Shown here in pieces: positions 9,732 through 18,346 of a stretch of 64,000 bases of DNA. The DNA is from Patescibacteria group bacterium (GTDB taxonomy: Bacteria > Patescibacteriota > Minisyncoccia > Phycocordibacterales > BOKC01): the NCBI GenBank assembly GCA_038062955.1, contig JBBTWE010000001.1:182304-246303 (forward strand), given 5' to 3'. Position numbers and translations under genes: made by a program. Each line of letters opens with the position of its first letter. Within the stretch, counting starts at the first letter, position 1. The notes beneath the pieces are model-generated. The model saw nothing but the letters and a program-made list of their open reading frames with translations, made no database searches and was not told where the DNA came from.

Positions 9732-10943
9732 TTAACGAATTATCTTATCAAGAAAAATTGTATCAATCGCAAGAAGCGTGTCTGGTTCATCAGTGCTAAA
9801 TTTACAAAACTGGCTAAGAGCCTTGGTATTTAAGGAAATAATCTCCGAGTTTTTTGATAAAGGCGATTCTATTAACTGACTTTTTAGGAATTCTGACCAA
9901 AATGGAACGAGAGGAGATTCCATTGCCAAAAAAATTCGGAGCGGCAACTTTTCTTTTAAGGTGTATAAAGTTTTTTTGAAATTATTCATCCACTCTGTTT
10001 CCGAGTGTTTTATAACCTCTTTTATTTTGTCGTTGAAGGTTTTTTCAGATCTTTGTTCATAAAATAATTTTATAAAAGACAACGCAATATCAGGATTGAC
10101 TGCGAACTCTTTAATCACATTTCTCAAGAAGAGATTTTTGCCAGATTCTAAATAGGACGAATCGGTAACCAAACCATCTTTTACAGAGGTCATCTCGGTT
10201 ATTTCTCCACCAACCTCTACTAGCAAATAGTCGTGCGCCTCTGGAAACATTTCTTCGATTATTGCAAAACCAGTGAGAGAAAAAGAATGGAAGATAATAT
10301 TGCTGGAAACTTGGGAATGAATTGTGCTTCCAATTTTATCCATCACTTTCTTTAAAATTTTCCCTTCAAACACAGAAAGCTCTATTTCTCGAGCCGTCTT
10401 GTTTATTGGATCTAGCACCACATAGCCATTCAGTTTGGTCTGTATTATCTTCTTCTCTATTGTTTTATATAGATCTTCTTTTTCTCCTATCTTGGTGAGA
10501 TTTTCGCCTTGTTTCCCAGTATTATTTGGGGTTTCAGAATCATACAGATTTATTTTTTTAGTGATGAGTTCTATTAGTTTTGGAGTGATTTCTGTCTGGT
10601 TTTTTTCTTTAATTCCGTAAGTTTTGATTTTTGATATGCACCACGGCGAAGAAACGATGCACAAGACATTTTTGATTTTCTTAGTTTCTAGTTTTCTTAA
10701 GCTTACATGGAGAGTTTTTGCTGATTCCTTAAGAACAATCTTTAAAAGTTTTTGGAGATTTTGGCAGATGTCGTCTATTGATTTTTCTTTGTTCCATTTT
10801 TCAGTTAAAGGCAGACTTAGTCGCCTATTTAAAATTATTTCAGGGATATGGTTTTCTTTGAGATAAACCAAAGCCACTCCAACACTGAAGTTTCCAATAT
10901 CAACAACGAGATGCACCCCTTCTTTTGTATCTTGCCCAAACAT
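9732..10943 (-). CDS. actin-like / Ppx-GppA-like ATPase-fold protein (FtsA/PilM- or exopolyphosphatase-like)
   Basis: N-terminal HLVVDIGNFSVGVALV (phosphate-1-like) and LLVEVGGEITEMTSV (phosphate-2-like, DIGGG-type) motifs. Confidence 0.35.
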   Translation of the reverse strand: MFGQDTKEGVHLVVDIGNFSVGVALVYLKENHIPEIILNRRLSLPLTEKWNKEKSIDDICQNLQKLLKIVLKESAKTLHVSLRKLETKKIKNVLCIVSSPWCISKIKTYGIKEKNQTEITPKLIELITKKINLYDSETPNNTGKQGENLTKIGEKEDLYKTIEKKIIQTKLNGYVVLDPINKTAREIELSVFEGKILKKVMDKIGSTIHSQVSSNIIFHSFSLTGFAIIEEMFPEAHDYLLVEVGGEITEMTSVKDGLVTDSSYLESGKNLFLRNVIKEFAVNPDIALSFIKLFYEQRSEKTFNDKIKEVIKHSETEWMNNFKKTLYTLKEKLPLRIFLAMESPLVPFWSEFLKSQLIESPLSKNSEIISLNTKALSQFCKFSTDEPDTLLAIDTIFLDKIIR

Positions 10944-11055
10944 TACCTAAATTATATCAGATTCTTTAAGATTTAAGATGTATCATTTAAGATTTATGAT
11001 TTCTGCCTTACGGCAGACAGGTAAAATTAATAAAAAAGCCCCACGACTAGTGAAA

Positions 11056-11253
11056 TTAGCGTGAAGCGGTGCCTCGGGCCTCTACATGTTTGCGGATGAC
11101 ATCAACAAGTTCTTTGGCTACTTGCTCAACTTGTGAGTTCATAACTTGCGATACTGGCTCATGCGGCAAACGAGATCTCATCAATTCAATCTGAAAATGC
11201 ATCAATATGTTGTGAATCTGATCCTCGCTGATAGTCTTGCTGGCAGTGTCCAT
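11056..11253 (-). CDS. hypothetical protein (GC-rich island B ORFan, 65 aa)
   Basis: GC-rich ORF with a perfect ribosome-binding site (AAAAGGAGGcgacaATG) and an upstream TTGGAC promoter-like box; compositionally foreign. Confidence 0.45.
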   Translation of the reverse strand: MDTASKTISEDQIHNILMHFQIELMRSRLPHEPVSQVMNSQVEQVAKELVDVIRKHVEARGTASR

Positions 11254-11354
11254 TGTCGCCTCCTTTTTTGTGGATGTTGAGAAAGAACTGCTCGAAAAAA
11301 CATACTCTTTTTAAGTAGTTTTGTCCAATTCCTTTTTATCCTGATGTCTAGTGC

Positions 11355-13133
11355 CTATTCCAACACTGCTTTGATCCTCCTTACTCCAGCAGAAACGGCT
11401 TCTTCTTTGAGGATTTTGAATTTTCCATTCAAATCACCGGTATTTTTAACATGAGGACCTCCACAGAATTCTTTGGAGTATGCAGTTTCCAGATTTTTGC
11501 CAGAGAAATAAACATCAACTTCATTGCCGTATTCTTCACCAAAAAAATGTAGAGCTCCAACTTTTTCCGCTTCAGCCTTTGGTAGAGTTATTTTATTCAT
11601 TGGCAGTTTTTCTTCAATTTTTTCATTCACAATCTCTTCAACTAGTTTTTTCTCTTCAGGCGTCATTTTCTTTGGATGTTCAAAGTCAAAACGCAGTCTT
11701 TCTGGGGTGATATTTGATCCTCTCTGTCTGACACTTGATCCTAAAACGTCTCGCAAAGCTTGGTGAAGAAGATGGGTGGCCGTATGGTACTTTACTGACA
11801 TCTCACTTGTATCTCCAAGTCCACCTTTAAATTTTTTCTCCGCTCCCGTACGAGAAAGTTCCTGATGCTTCTTAAAAAGTTCCTCAACTTCTTGCTTTTC
11901 TATTTTAATTCCCTTTTCAAGAGCTAACTCAATAGTTAGTTCGATTGGGAATCCGTATGATTGGTATAAATTAAAGATTTCTTCAGGTTTAAAATCAGTT
12001 ATTTTCTCAAATTCTTTCATGCCCTTAGAAAGAGTATTTCGAAATTTTTGCTCTTCTTTTTCAATTTCCTGTTTTATAGTCTCTTTTTTATTAAAGAGAT
12101 TTGGATATACATCTTTATATTTTTCTATAACTATTTCTGCGATTAAAAGAATCGATCCAGGTTTTATACCTAGTTTTTCAGCATGATTAATAGCTCGGCG
12201 CAAAAGTCTTCGCAAAATATATCCTCTGTCTGTGTTAGACGGTGTTACTCCCTCAGCAATCATGAATACAGAAGTTCGAATGTGGTCAGCAACTACGCGT
12301 TTGCTTTTTGTAAGCGGCTTATTACTTAATGAGTCAATTTTTTCAAAAATCCCGTCAAATAGATCAGTATCAAAGATATTAGTTTTTCCTTGAAGCACCG
12401 CGCATACCCGTTCAAATCCGGATCCGGTGTCAACGTTTTTATTTTCAAGCTTGCCGACAACTTTGTCGTCTTTTTTGATATATTCCATGAAGACGTTGTT
12501 CCAGATTTCAACCACTTTCTGCTCGTCATCAGCCTTGAGATATTCGTCTTTGGTCATTCCTTTGTCTAACTTTCCGGTGAGATCATAGAACATTTCAGTA
12601 TCAGGACCACATGGGCCATTCGGCCCCGGTTGCCACCAATTATTCTTTGCTGGCATGAAATAAATTCGTTCGCCCGTTACATTATTTTTTTTGAAAATTT
12701 CTCGCCAAATTTCTGCGGATTCTTCATCTCGGGGTGCATCATCATTTCCTTCAAAACAAGTTACATAAAGTCTTTGTGGATCGAGTCCAAATCCTTCAGA
12801 TTTTGAAGTTAAAAGCTCATAGCTCCAGGCAATTGATTCTTTTTTAAAATAATCTCCCAAAGACCAATTCCCCATCATTTCAAAAAAAGTGAGGTGAGTA
12901 TTGTCCCCAATCTCGTCTATATCGCCAGTTCTTACGCATTTCTGAATGTTTGCCAATCTTTTCCCAGCTGGGTGAGGAGTGCCTAAAAGATATGGAACAA
13001 GTGGTTGCATTCCGGCAGTATTAAAAAGCACCGACGGGTCATTTTCGGGTATCAAAGAAGCAGACGGAATAATCGCATGTCCGCGTTTTTCAAAAAATTT
13101 TAAGAATCTCTTTCTGATTTCTTGGCTATTCAT
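11355..13133 (-). CDS. alaS: alanine--tRNA ligase, short form (592 aa; catalytic, tRNA-binding and editing domains, no C-terminal extension)
   Basis: MNSQEIRKRFLKFFEKRGH...FNTAGMQP... plus editing-domain HTATHLLHQALRDVLG... Confidence 0.9.
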   Translation of the reverse strand: MNSQEIRKRFLKFFEKRGHAIIPSASLIPENDPSVLFNTAGMQPLVPYLLGTPHPAGKRLANIQKCVRTGDIDEIGDNTHLTFFEMMGNWSLGDYFKKESIAWSYELLTSKSEGFGLDPQRLYVTCFEGNDDAPRDEESAEIWREIFKKNNVTGERIYFMPAKNNWWQPGPNGPCGPDTEMFYDLTGKLDKGMTKDEYLKADDEQKVVEIWNNVFMEYIKKDDKVVGKLENKNVDTGSGFERVCAVLQGKTNIFDTDLFDGIFEKIDSLSNKPLTKSKRVVADHIRTSVFMIAEGVTPSNTDRGYILRRLLRRAINHAEKLGIKPGSILLIAEIVIEKYKDVYPNLFNKKETIKQEIEKEEQKFRNTLSKGMKEFEKITDFKPEEIFNLYQSYGFPIELTIELALEKGIKIEKQEVEELFKKHQELSRTGAEKKFKGGLGDTSEMSVKYHTATHLLHQALRDVLGSSVRQRGSNITPERLRFDFEHPKKMTPEEKKLVEEIVNEKIEEKLPMNKITLPKAEAEKVGALHFFGEEYGNEVDVYFSGKNLETAYSKEFCGGPHVKNTGDLNGKFKILKEEAVSAGVRRIKAVLE

Positions 13134-13155
13134 ACTGAATACTATATACCATATA

Positions 13156-13767
13156 CTAACTTTGCTTCAAAACTTTAAAATCTTCTTTCAAAGTGTCTTT
13201 GGTGTGAGAATTATAGATGGCAACGGCAGGGTGATAGAGAGGAATAATTTTCATTTTTCCGAAACTTGCGTCGGTTTCGAAAATTTTCCCGTGAATTTTG
13301 GAAATTGGTTCGATGTCAAAATCTAGGCCGAATTTTCGCATAATATAATCCATTGAAAAACGCCCGAGAGTCGCAATGATTTTTGGCTTAATTATTTCAA
13401 TCTGCCTGTCCAAAAAAGGGCCGTAAACTTCTATTTCTTCCGGAAGCGGATCTCGATTCCCCGTCGGCCGATCTTTTACAATATTTGTTATATAAATATC
13501 TTTTCGATCTAATTTCACACTCTCTAAAAGTTCATCCAAAACTCTACCGGACGCTCCACAAAAAGGCTTGCCGGTTAACGCTTCGTTTTTTCCTGGAGCT
13601 TCGCCGATGAATACAATTTCGGCAAAATGACTTCCCTCTCCAATCACCGGGAAAACTTTATTAGCGATTCTTTCTTTGTATAAAGGAGAATTTTTGAGAG
13701 CAACAACCTCGTCCTTGATCTGCCTCATGAGTTCCTTCCTTTTTTCTGTTTCTACTACATCTAACAT
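13156..13767 (-). CDS. udg: uracil-DNA glycosylase, family 4
   Basis: GEAPGKNEALTGKPFCGASGRVLDELL motif. Confidence 0.85.
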   Translation of the reverse strand: MLDVVETEKRKELMRQIKDEVVALKNSPLYKERIANKVFPVIGEGSHFAEIVFIGEAPGKNEALTGKPFCGASGRVLDELLESVKLDRKDIYITNIVKDRPTGNRDPLPEEIEVYGPFLDRQIEIIKPKIIATLGRFSMDYIMRKFGLDFDIEPISKIHGKIFETDASFGKMKIIPLYHPAVAIYNSHTKDTLKEDFKVLKQS

Positions 13768-13796
13768 TCAATAATAATAACCCCACAATCTATATA

Positions 13797-13845
13797 AAAA
13801 AAGCGCCTCGCGATTCGTTGTTCACGAATTTCGCAAGGCGCCGTT
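13797..13845 (-). terminator. intrinsic terminator of island C, homologous to 43016-43064
   Basis: ggcgccttgcgaaattcgtgaacaacgaatcgcgaggcgc plus T7 on the minus strand; about 80% identical to the terminator of island L gene 3. Confidence 0.65.
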
Positions 13846-13870
13846 GGGCGAGCTGTAGATTTGTTACTAC

Positions 13871-14380
13871 CTACTGCGGTTTGGTGGGAGGCGGAAGGGC
13901 GTGATAAACCGTGAACTGTCGAGGGATTGCTTTGACTTTTGCTTTTTGCCCCTCTATCTCACTCACGAGTTTCCAATTGGCATCGGTCATCTCTGCGTTG
14001 AATACGCTAGCAAGTACATCCTGTTCCTTTTTGATGGCTTCCATCTCATGGGACCAGGAGGAAAGCTGGTTGATCGCCCACTGTGTTTGTGGATTATCAC
14101 CGAAGGAATCCCGCATCGATTTCAGGAAACTCTCGTAGATGAGGATGTCTCTCTGCTTCTTGTAGATTTCTGCAGCGGTATCCTCGAACCACTGGCACCT
14201 CTCGATCATCGCGCGAGGACCAAGTTTCGATGATGTCTCAAACGTAAGTTGGCTAAAGACTATGCATGCAGCCGAGAGACCAAAGATTGCACCTGCCAAC
14301 ATGGCCACAGGTAGTCTCTGTGGCCATTTACCTCTACGATCATCAAGGATCTTTTCCCCATTCAGTTTCGTGGATTCCAT
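13871..14380 (-). CDS. hypothetical membrane-anchored protein (GC-rich island C ORFan)
   Basis: 169 aa with N-terminal TM (LPVAMLAGAIFGLSAACIVF); ribosome-binding site GGAGGAGAAATTGAG-ATG; a palindromic promoter upstream; its terminator is homologous to the one at 43016-43064. Confidence 0.5.
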   Translation of the reverse strand: MESTKLNGEKILDDRRGKWPQRLPVAMLAGAIFGLSAACIVFSQLTFETSSKLGPRAMIERCQWFEDTAAEIYKKQRDILIYESFLKSMRDSFGDNPQTQWAINQLSSWSHEMEAIKKEQDVLASVFNAEMTDANWKLVSEIEGQKAKVKAIPRQFTVYHALPPPTKPQ

Positions 14381-14444
14381 CTCAATTTCTCCTCCAAAAG
14401 AACTGGAACTCTGTAGCGGAGTGCCACAAAGTGTTTATCTGCTT

Positions 14445-14476
14445 TGAATATAAAATACTTGACTATACGAGTCAAG
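14445..14476 (-). promoter_or_regulatory. promoter of island C with a perfect 7-5-7 palindrome CTTGACTcgtatAGTCAAG overlapping the -35 (operator-like)
   Basis: minus strand TTGACT-N17-TATATT; the palindrome is seen directly. Confidence 0.5.
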
Positions 14477-14559
14477 AGTAGAAAAAATTAAATAAAAAAC
14501 ACCCCGATATTCATCCGTTTGTTGCAGATTTTATCAAGGTGGTTATTTGTGTTTTCAAA

Positions 14560-14718
14560 TCAGAGTAACACAACGACTACATACCATACTCCACAAAGAA
14601 AAGAACCAGAGATGACGGCACCCACCAGAAAGATTGCGATGGTGAGTAGTGTGTCTAACCCGGTACGAATGGGTTTCAATTGCGGAACCCATGAAGATGC
14701 GTCTTGTTTTGGAGTCAT
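14560..14718 (-). CDS. small hypothetical membrane protein (island D; start may instead be 14763)
   Basis: 52-67 aa GC-rich ORF with TM segment LLTIAIFLVGAVISGSFLCGVWYVVVVLL; lies upstream of island C on the same strand. Confidence 0.3.
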   Translation of the reverse strand: MTPKQDASSWVPQLKPIRTGLDTLLTIAIFLVGAVISGSFLCGVWYVVVVLL

Positions 14719-14778
14719 ACTTTCCCTTTTGTTGTGAGGAACTTGCCGTGTAAACCATAACAAAAAATCAACTTGCCG

Positions 14779-15027
14779 TCAATATAATTTTTCAGCTTCC
14801 AGAATTTCTTTCTTTTTCTCTGTCCCCCGATTATATCCACCAGTTTTTCCATCACTGCGAATTACCCTATGACACGGAATATCTGAATTAAAGTTTTTAT
14901 TTAAGATATTGCCGACAGCTCGAAACGCTTTAGGACTCTTGGCTTTCGTCGCCACTTCTTTATACGTCAAAACTTTTCCTTTCGGAATTTTGGAAACTAC
15001 ACTTAACACTTTTTCTTTAAACAACAT
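14779..15027 (-). CDS. methylated-DNA--protein-cysteine methyltransferase DNA-binding domain protein (MGMT/Ogt C-terminal domain only)
   Basis: active-site motif IPCHRVIRSDGKTGGY. Confidence 0.8.
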   Translation of the reverse strand: MLFKEKVLSVVSKIPKGKVLTYKEVATKAKSPKAFRAVGNILNKNFNSDIPCHRVIRSDGKTGGYNRGTEKKKEILEAEKLY

Positions 15028-15032
15028 AATTT

Positions 15033-15839
15033 CTAACCAAATAGAGTTGGAATCTCTTCTTCTGGACTATTATTTTTTATTTTAGCGATTTTTTTAGTTT
15101 TTGGTGCGGACGTTTTGGTTGAATTTTCTGGTAATTTATCTTTATAAAGTTCTTTGATTACTAAATTCGCGTTTTTTCTGTAAGAGCAATGTTCGCAGTC
15201 GTTGTTTGCATCCGGCAAAGTGTCTTGTTTTAGACATTCTGAAATCTCTAAAAGCACTCCAGGAATCCACGAACTGTCCCCTTCATAAGTAATAACATCA
15301 ACATCAAATTCTAATTTTCCATCAAAGGCTTTTTCGTCCTTTCGGCCATTCACATAAACAAAGTAGCCGGTATTTGAAACATTGTGGCCATTTTGTTTGA
15401 AAAGCCACTGATAAATTTCCATCTGCCTTTTGTAAGCCTGTTGCCAATGTCCGTCGAGATTTGGTTTTTCATTTTTGGAAGTGGCCTTGTAATCTACAAT
15501 GTGAAGTTCTCCATTATCATTCTTCCAAATATCGTCAATTGCGCCGTATACCAAAAAACCCGTTGCTTCATGTTTGTGTTGAATGCCGGTAAAGTTATGT
15601 CGCCATTTTTCTAATTCGGCATGGGCAAATGGAATTGCATTTATCCCATATTTCTTCATGAGAGGGTGAGCTTCTTTGTTCGCCCTATGAATATCAAATT
15701 CTTTTTTTAAGAGATGGTCGACGGCGCTGTTTAAGGTAAAAGCTGGCATCGAGGGACGCTTAACTTGCAATTTTTGATCCAAATAAAAACAGCGTTTACA
15801 TTGGATAAATAAGTCTATTTTAGATCTGCTAAGTTTCAT
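15033..15839 (-). CDS. PD-(D/E)xK nuclease with Cys cluster (Cas4/RecB-exonuclease-like)
   Basis: N-terminal CKRC; IVDYKATS (D...E/D-x-K core); C-terminal CEHC; start codon is part of the MITE target-site duplication. Confidence 0.55.
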   Translation of the reverse strand: MKLSRSKIDLFIQCKRCFYLDQKLQVKRPSMPAFTLNSAVDHLLKKEFDIHRANKEAHPLMKKYGINAIPFAHAELEKWRHNFTGIQHKHEATGFLVYGAIDDIWKNDNGELHIVDYKATSKNEKPNLDGHWQQAYKRQMEIYQWLFKQNGHNVSNTGYFVYVNGRKDEKAFDGKLEFDVDVITYEGDSSWIPGVLLEISECLKQDTLPDANNDCEHCSYRKNANLVIKELYKDKLPENSTKTSAPKTKKIAKIKNNSPEEEIPTLFG

Positions 15840-15970
15840 CCCGTAGTGAAATTTCAGGTAGTTTTGATACCAAAACTTACCGAGATTATATTTAAAATTG
15901 TAAATTAAGAAAAAACTAACCGGTAATATTATTTAGATCTAGTAGTATCAACCTGAAATTCTACTACGGG
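15840..15970. mobile_element. MITE-like element copy 2 (131 bp; target-site duplication tTTCAT/aTTCAT at 15834-15839 and 15971-15976)
   Basis: 21-bp terminal inverted repeat atcccgtagtgaaatttcagg / cctgaaattctactacgggat (19/21); the left target-site duplication is the ATG of the Cas4-like gene. Confidence 0.75.
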
Positions 15971-15975
15971 ATTCA

Positions 15976-16554
15976 TCAATTGTTCTCGGGAGTTTCTGAA
16001 ACAGATCTTGTTTCCGTTCTTCCAATCGATCTTTTGAGTTTGTCTTCGATGACCCAGACTATAGTGAAAGTAAAAAGTGTGAGAAATGAGGCAAATAAAG
16101 CTAAAGCAAATAATTTGAAACCGACAGCAATGCCAATCCCGCAAGCAACCCAAAGACCGGCGGCGGTTGTTAGCCCTTCAATTTTATTCTCTCTGAAGAT
16201 GATGAGACCAGAGCCAATAAAGCCAACCCCCATTACTATGCCGGCGGCTATTCTCATTGGATCGAAATTTGTTAGCCCAACAAACCCGCTATTCATGGTG
16301 GCGGAAGTGATAATAAGTAAGCATGACCCCATGGAAACTAGTCCATAAGTTCTCATTCCAGCGGTTTTTCCAGCAAATGTTCTTTCAGAGCCAAGCAAAG
16401 TACCTAAGATAATAGCGACTATTAGTTGGATGTAAGGCATATATTCCATGTTATTTTTATTGTAAAGAAATATTATCTCTCTCAAATTCATTATACCGCT
16501 AGCGTATACCAAATACCAATTAAATTGGACAAACCACGGAAACTTCTTTTCCAA
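15976..16554 (-). CDS. MgtC/SapB family membrane protein
   Basis: LGTLLGSERTFAGKTAGMRTYGLVSMGSCLLI; the true start is probably the internal MEYMPYIQL. Confidence 0.75.
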   Translation of the reverse strand: MEKKFPWFVQFNWYLVYASGIMNLREIIFLYNKNNMEYMPYIQLIVAIILGTLLGSERTFAGKTAGMRTYGLVSMGSCLLIITSATMNSGFVGLTNFDPMRIAAGIVMGVGFIGSGLIIFRENKIEGLTTAAGLWVACGIGIAVGFKLFALALFASFLTLFTFTIVWVIEDKLKRSIGRTETRSVSETPENN

Positions 16555-17347
16555 TTTCTTCCAATTTTTCTTTGTTAAGTCTTAAAGATTTTAGTACTTC
16601 CGAATCTGGCCTAAGACTTTTACACAAAACTGTGCCGGAACTTAAAATTGCCGTCTTTTGGGTGTTGCTCAAACTTTGTAAGCAAGTAATTGGGTGAAGT
16701 CCTGAGTCTTGGATTATATCCTGCAAATTTCCTTGATTTGGATAGTTCCAGCCAATCATGATCATTCCTGCGCACTTTCCGTAATTTATCGCGCTAGAGC
16801 TAAATTTTGTATTTGTAACTAGCCAATTCTCATCAAATTTTCTTTTTCCACCGTAATCAAATTCAATATTCGCCAAGTCCTCACTTCGTGCCTTTACATA
16901 GAGCGCGGTTTTTAAATCACTTTTTACTCCAAGTGAATTATGAAATTTGGCCTCTATCGCTATTAGTTTATTTTTATTATAGGCGATCACATCGATCTCA
17001 TGTTCGGCGCATTTTCCGCGAATTATTTGATCAGTTTTAACCGTGTAGCCCTTTTCTTTCAGTATCTCACCAAGATATTTTTCAAAAGGAAATCCTGATG
17101 GCCCCAGAGTGAGAATAGCCCTTCGCAGAGAATAGCTTAAGGCAACTGGTTTTGATTTCTTCTCCAACAGAAAAAAAGCGTGCTTATAAATTTGATCGGT
17201 GCCCATGCCTTCACGGAGTTCTTTTTCAACGTGAGCTATTATTTCTTCGGTTAATTCTTCCGATGCTTTTGATCGTAAAAGAGAATCTCTTAATTTATTA
17301 GGATCAAAATCCTCGAGTTCGCCGTTTTGTTTTGTTATTTTTATCAT
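16520..17347 (-). CDS. ATP-cone domain protein fused to a restriction-endonuclease-like (Mrr/PD-(D/E)xK) domain
   Basis: N-terminal MIKITKQNGELEDFDPNKLRDSL (ATP-cone); EIDVIAY...IEAKFH nuclease-like motifs. Confidence 0.55.
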   Translation of the reverse strand: MIKITKQNGELEDFDPNKLRDSLLRSKASEELTEEIIAHVEKELREGMGTDQIYKHAFFLLEKKSKPVALSYSLRRAILTLGPSGFPFEKYLGEILKEKGYTVKTDQIIRGKCAEHEIDVIAYNKNKLIAIEAKFHNSLGVKSDLKTALYVKARSEDLANIEFDYGGKRKFDENWLVTNTKFSSSAINYGKCAGMIMIGWNYPNQGNLQDIIQDSGLHPITCLQSLSNTQKTAILSSGTVLCKSLRPDSEVLKSLRLNKEKLEEIGKEVSVVCPI

Positions 17348-17350
17348 ATT

Positions 17351-18337
17351 TTAATAGAGATGTTCATTTTTATTTGCCACATGTTCTTCAAATGATTCGG
17401 CATAAAACATATTACCATTTTTGTCGGACAGAAAATATAAATAGTCATTTTCTTCTGGTTGAATTGTTGCCAGGATGGCGTTTAATCCTGGATTTGAAAT
17501 CGGGGTCGGTGTAAGTCCAGAATACAAATAAGTGTTATAAGGTGAATCGATTTTTAAATCTTTCTTGGAGAGTTGATACGTGTTCTTGCCGTTAATATAT
17601 TTAAACGTCACATCTACTTGAAGAGGCATCTTTATTTCCAATCTTTTCCAAAGAATTCCTGCAATCATTCTACGCGCTTCTGTTGTTGAAGCTTCTTTTT
17701 CCACAATTGATGCCATTGTTAATACTTTGTCGAGCGGTTTACCAAAGTTTTCCAATTCATCTTTAATTACTTTAATTTTTTCTTCAAAATTTCGTTCCAT
17801 TATCTCTATAAAATCTTTTGTTTTGGTGTTAGGCGCAAAAAAATAAGTGTCGGGGAATAAATAACCTTCTTTATCTTTTGCTAATTGTATAAACTCTTCT
17901 CGATCAAACTTAGTAAAGTTTTTTTGGAGGAGATCAGCAATTTCAAAAATATTTAATCCTTCTTGGATTGTAATACGAATAGATTGGAGTCCGAAATCCC
18001 CTCTCGTAATTCTTTTTGCCAAGTTAAAAGCGCCAATTGGTTTGTCGAAAAAATAATCACCGGCTGGAATATTATTTTCTTTTTTTAGGAAAATAACTGA
18101 ATTTTTTAGCCAAAATGTTGATTTTATTAAATTCTCTTTTTTTAAATTCTTCGCAATTTCTCCAAGAGTTTCACCTTTTTCAATAGTAAAAATGATTTTG
18201 TTTGGAAAGTTGGTTGGCGCCTGAAAACGCAAATTCAAAAAAAGGGTTATTGTCAAAAGAATTAAAATAAAAAAAATGCCCAAAATAAAATGATGGTTTT
18301 TATCTTCCAGATATTGTCTAAAATAAAATTTTTTCAC
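17351..18337 (-). CDS. mltG: endolytic murein transglycosylase MltG (YceG family)
   Basis: N-terminal TM; YceG-like domain with the FFAPNTKTKDF...SKKDLKIDSPYNTYLYSGLTPTPISNPG tail. Confidence 0.75.
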   Translation of the reverse strand: MKKFYFRQYLEDKNHHFILGIFFILILLTITLFLNLRFQAPTNFPNKIIFTIEKGETLGEIAKNLKKENLIKSTFWLKNSVIFLKKENNIPAGDYFFDKPIGAFNLAKRITRGDFGLQSIRITIQEGLNIFEIADLLQKNFTKFDREEFIQLAKDKEGYLFPDTYFFAPNTKTKDFIEIMERNFEEKIKVIKDELENFGKPLDKVLTMASIVEKEASTTEARRMIAGILWKRLEIKMPLQVDVTFKYINGKNTYQLSKKDLKIDSPYNTYLYSGLTPTPISNPGLNAILATIQPEENDYLYFLSDKNGNMFYAESFEEHVANKNEHLY

Positions 18338-18346
18338 TTGGATTTG

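Noticed and set aside
13797-13850. Integron attC sites (a GTTRRRY-like GTTGGGC follows the island C terminator)
   Set aside because: No paired RYYYAAC core and no integrase; the islands carry their own promoters and are dispersed, not arrayed. Most likely a coincidence.
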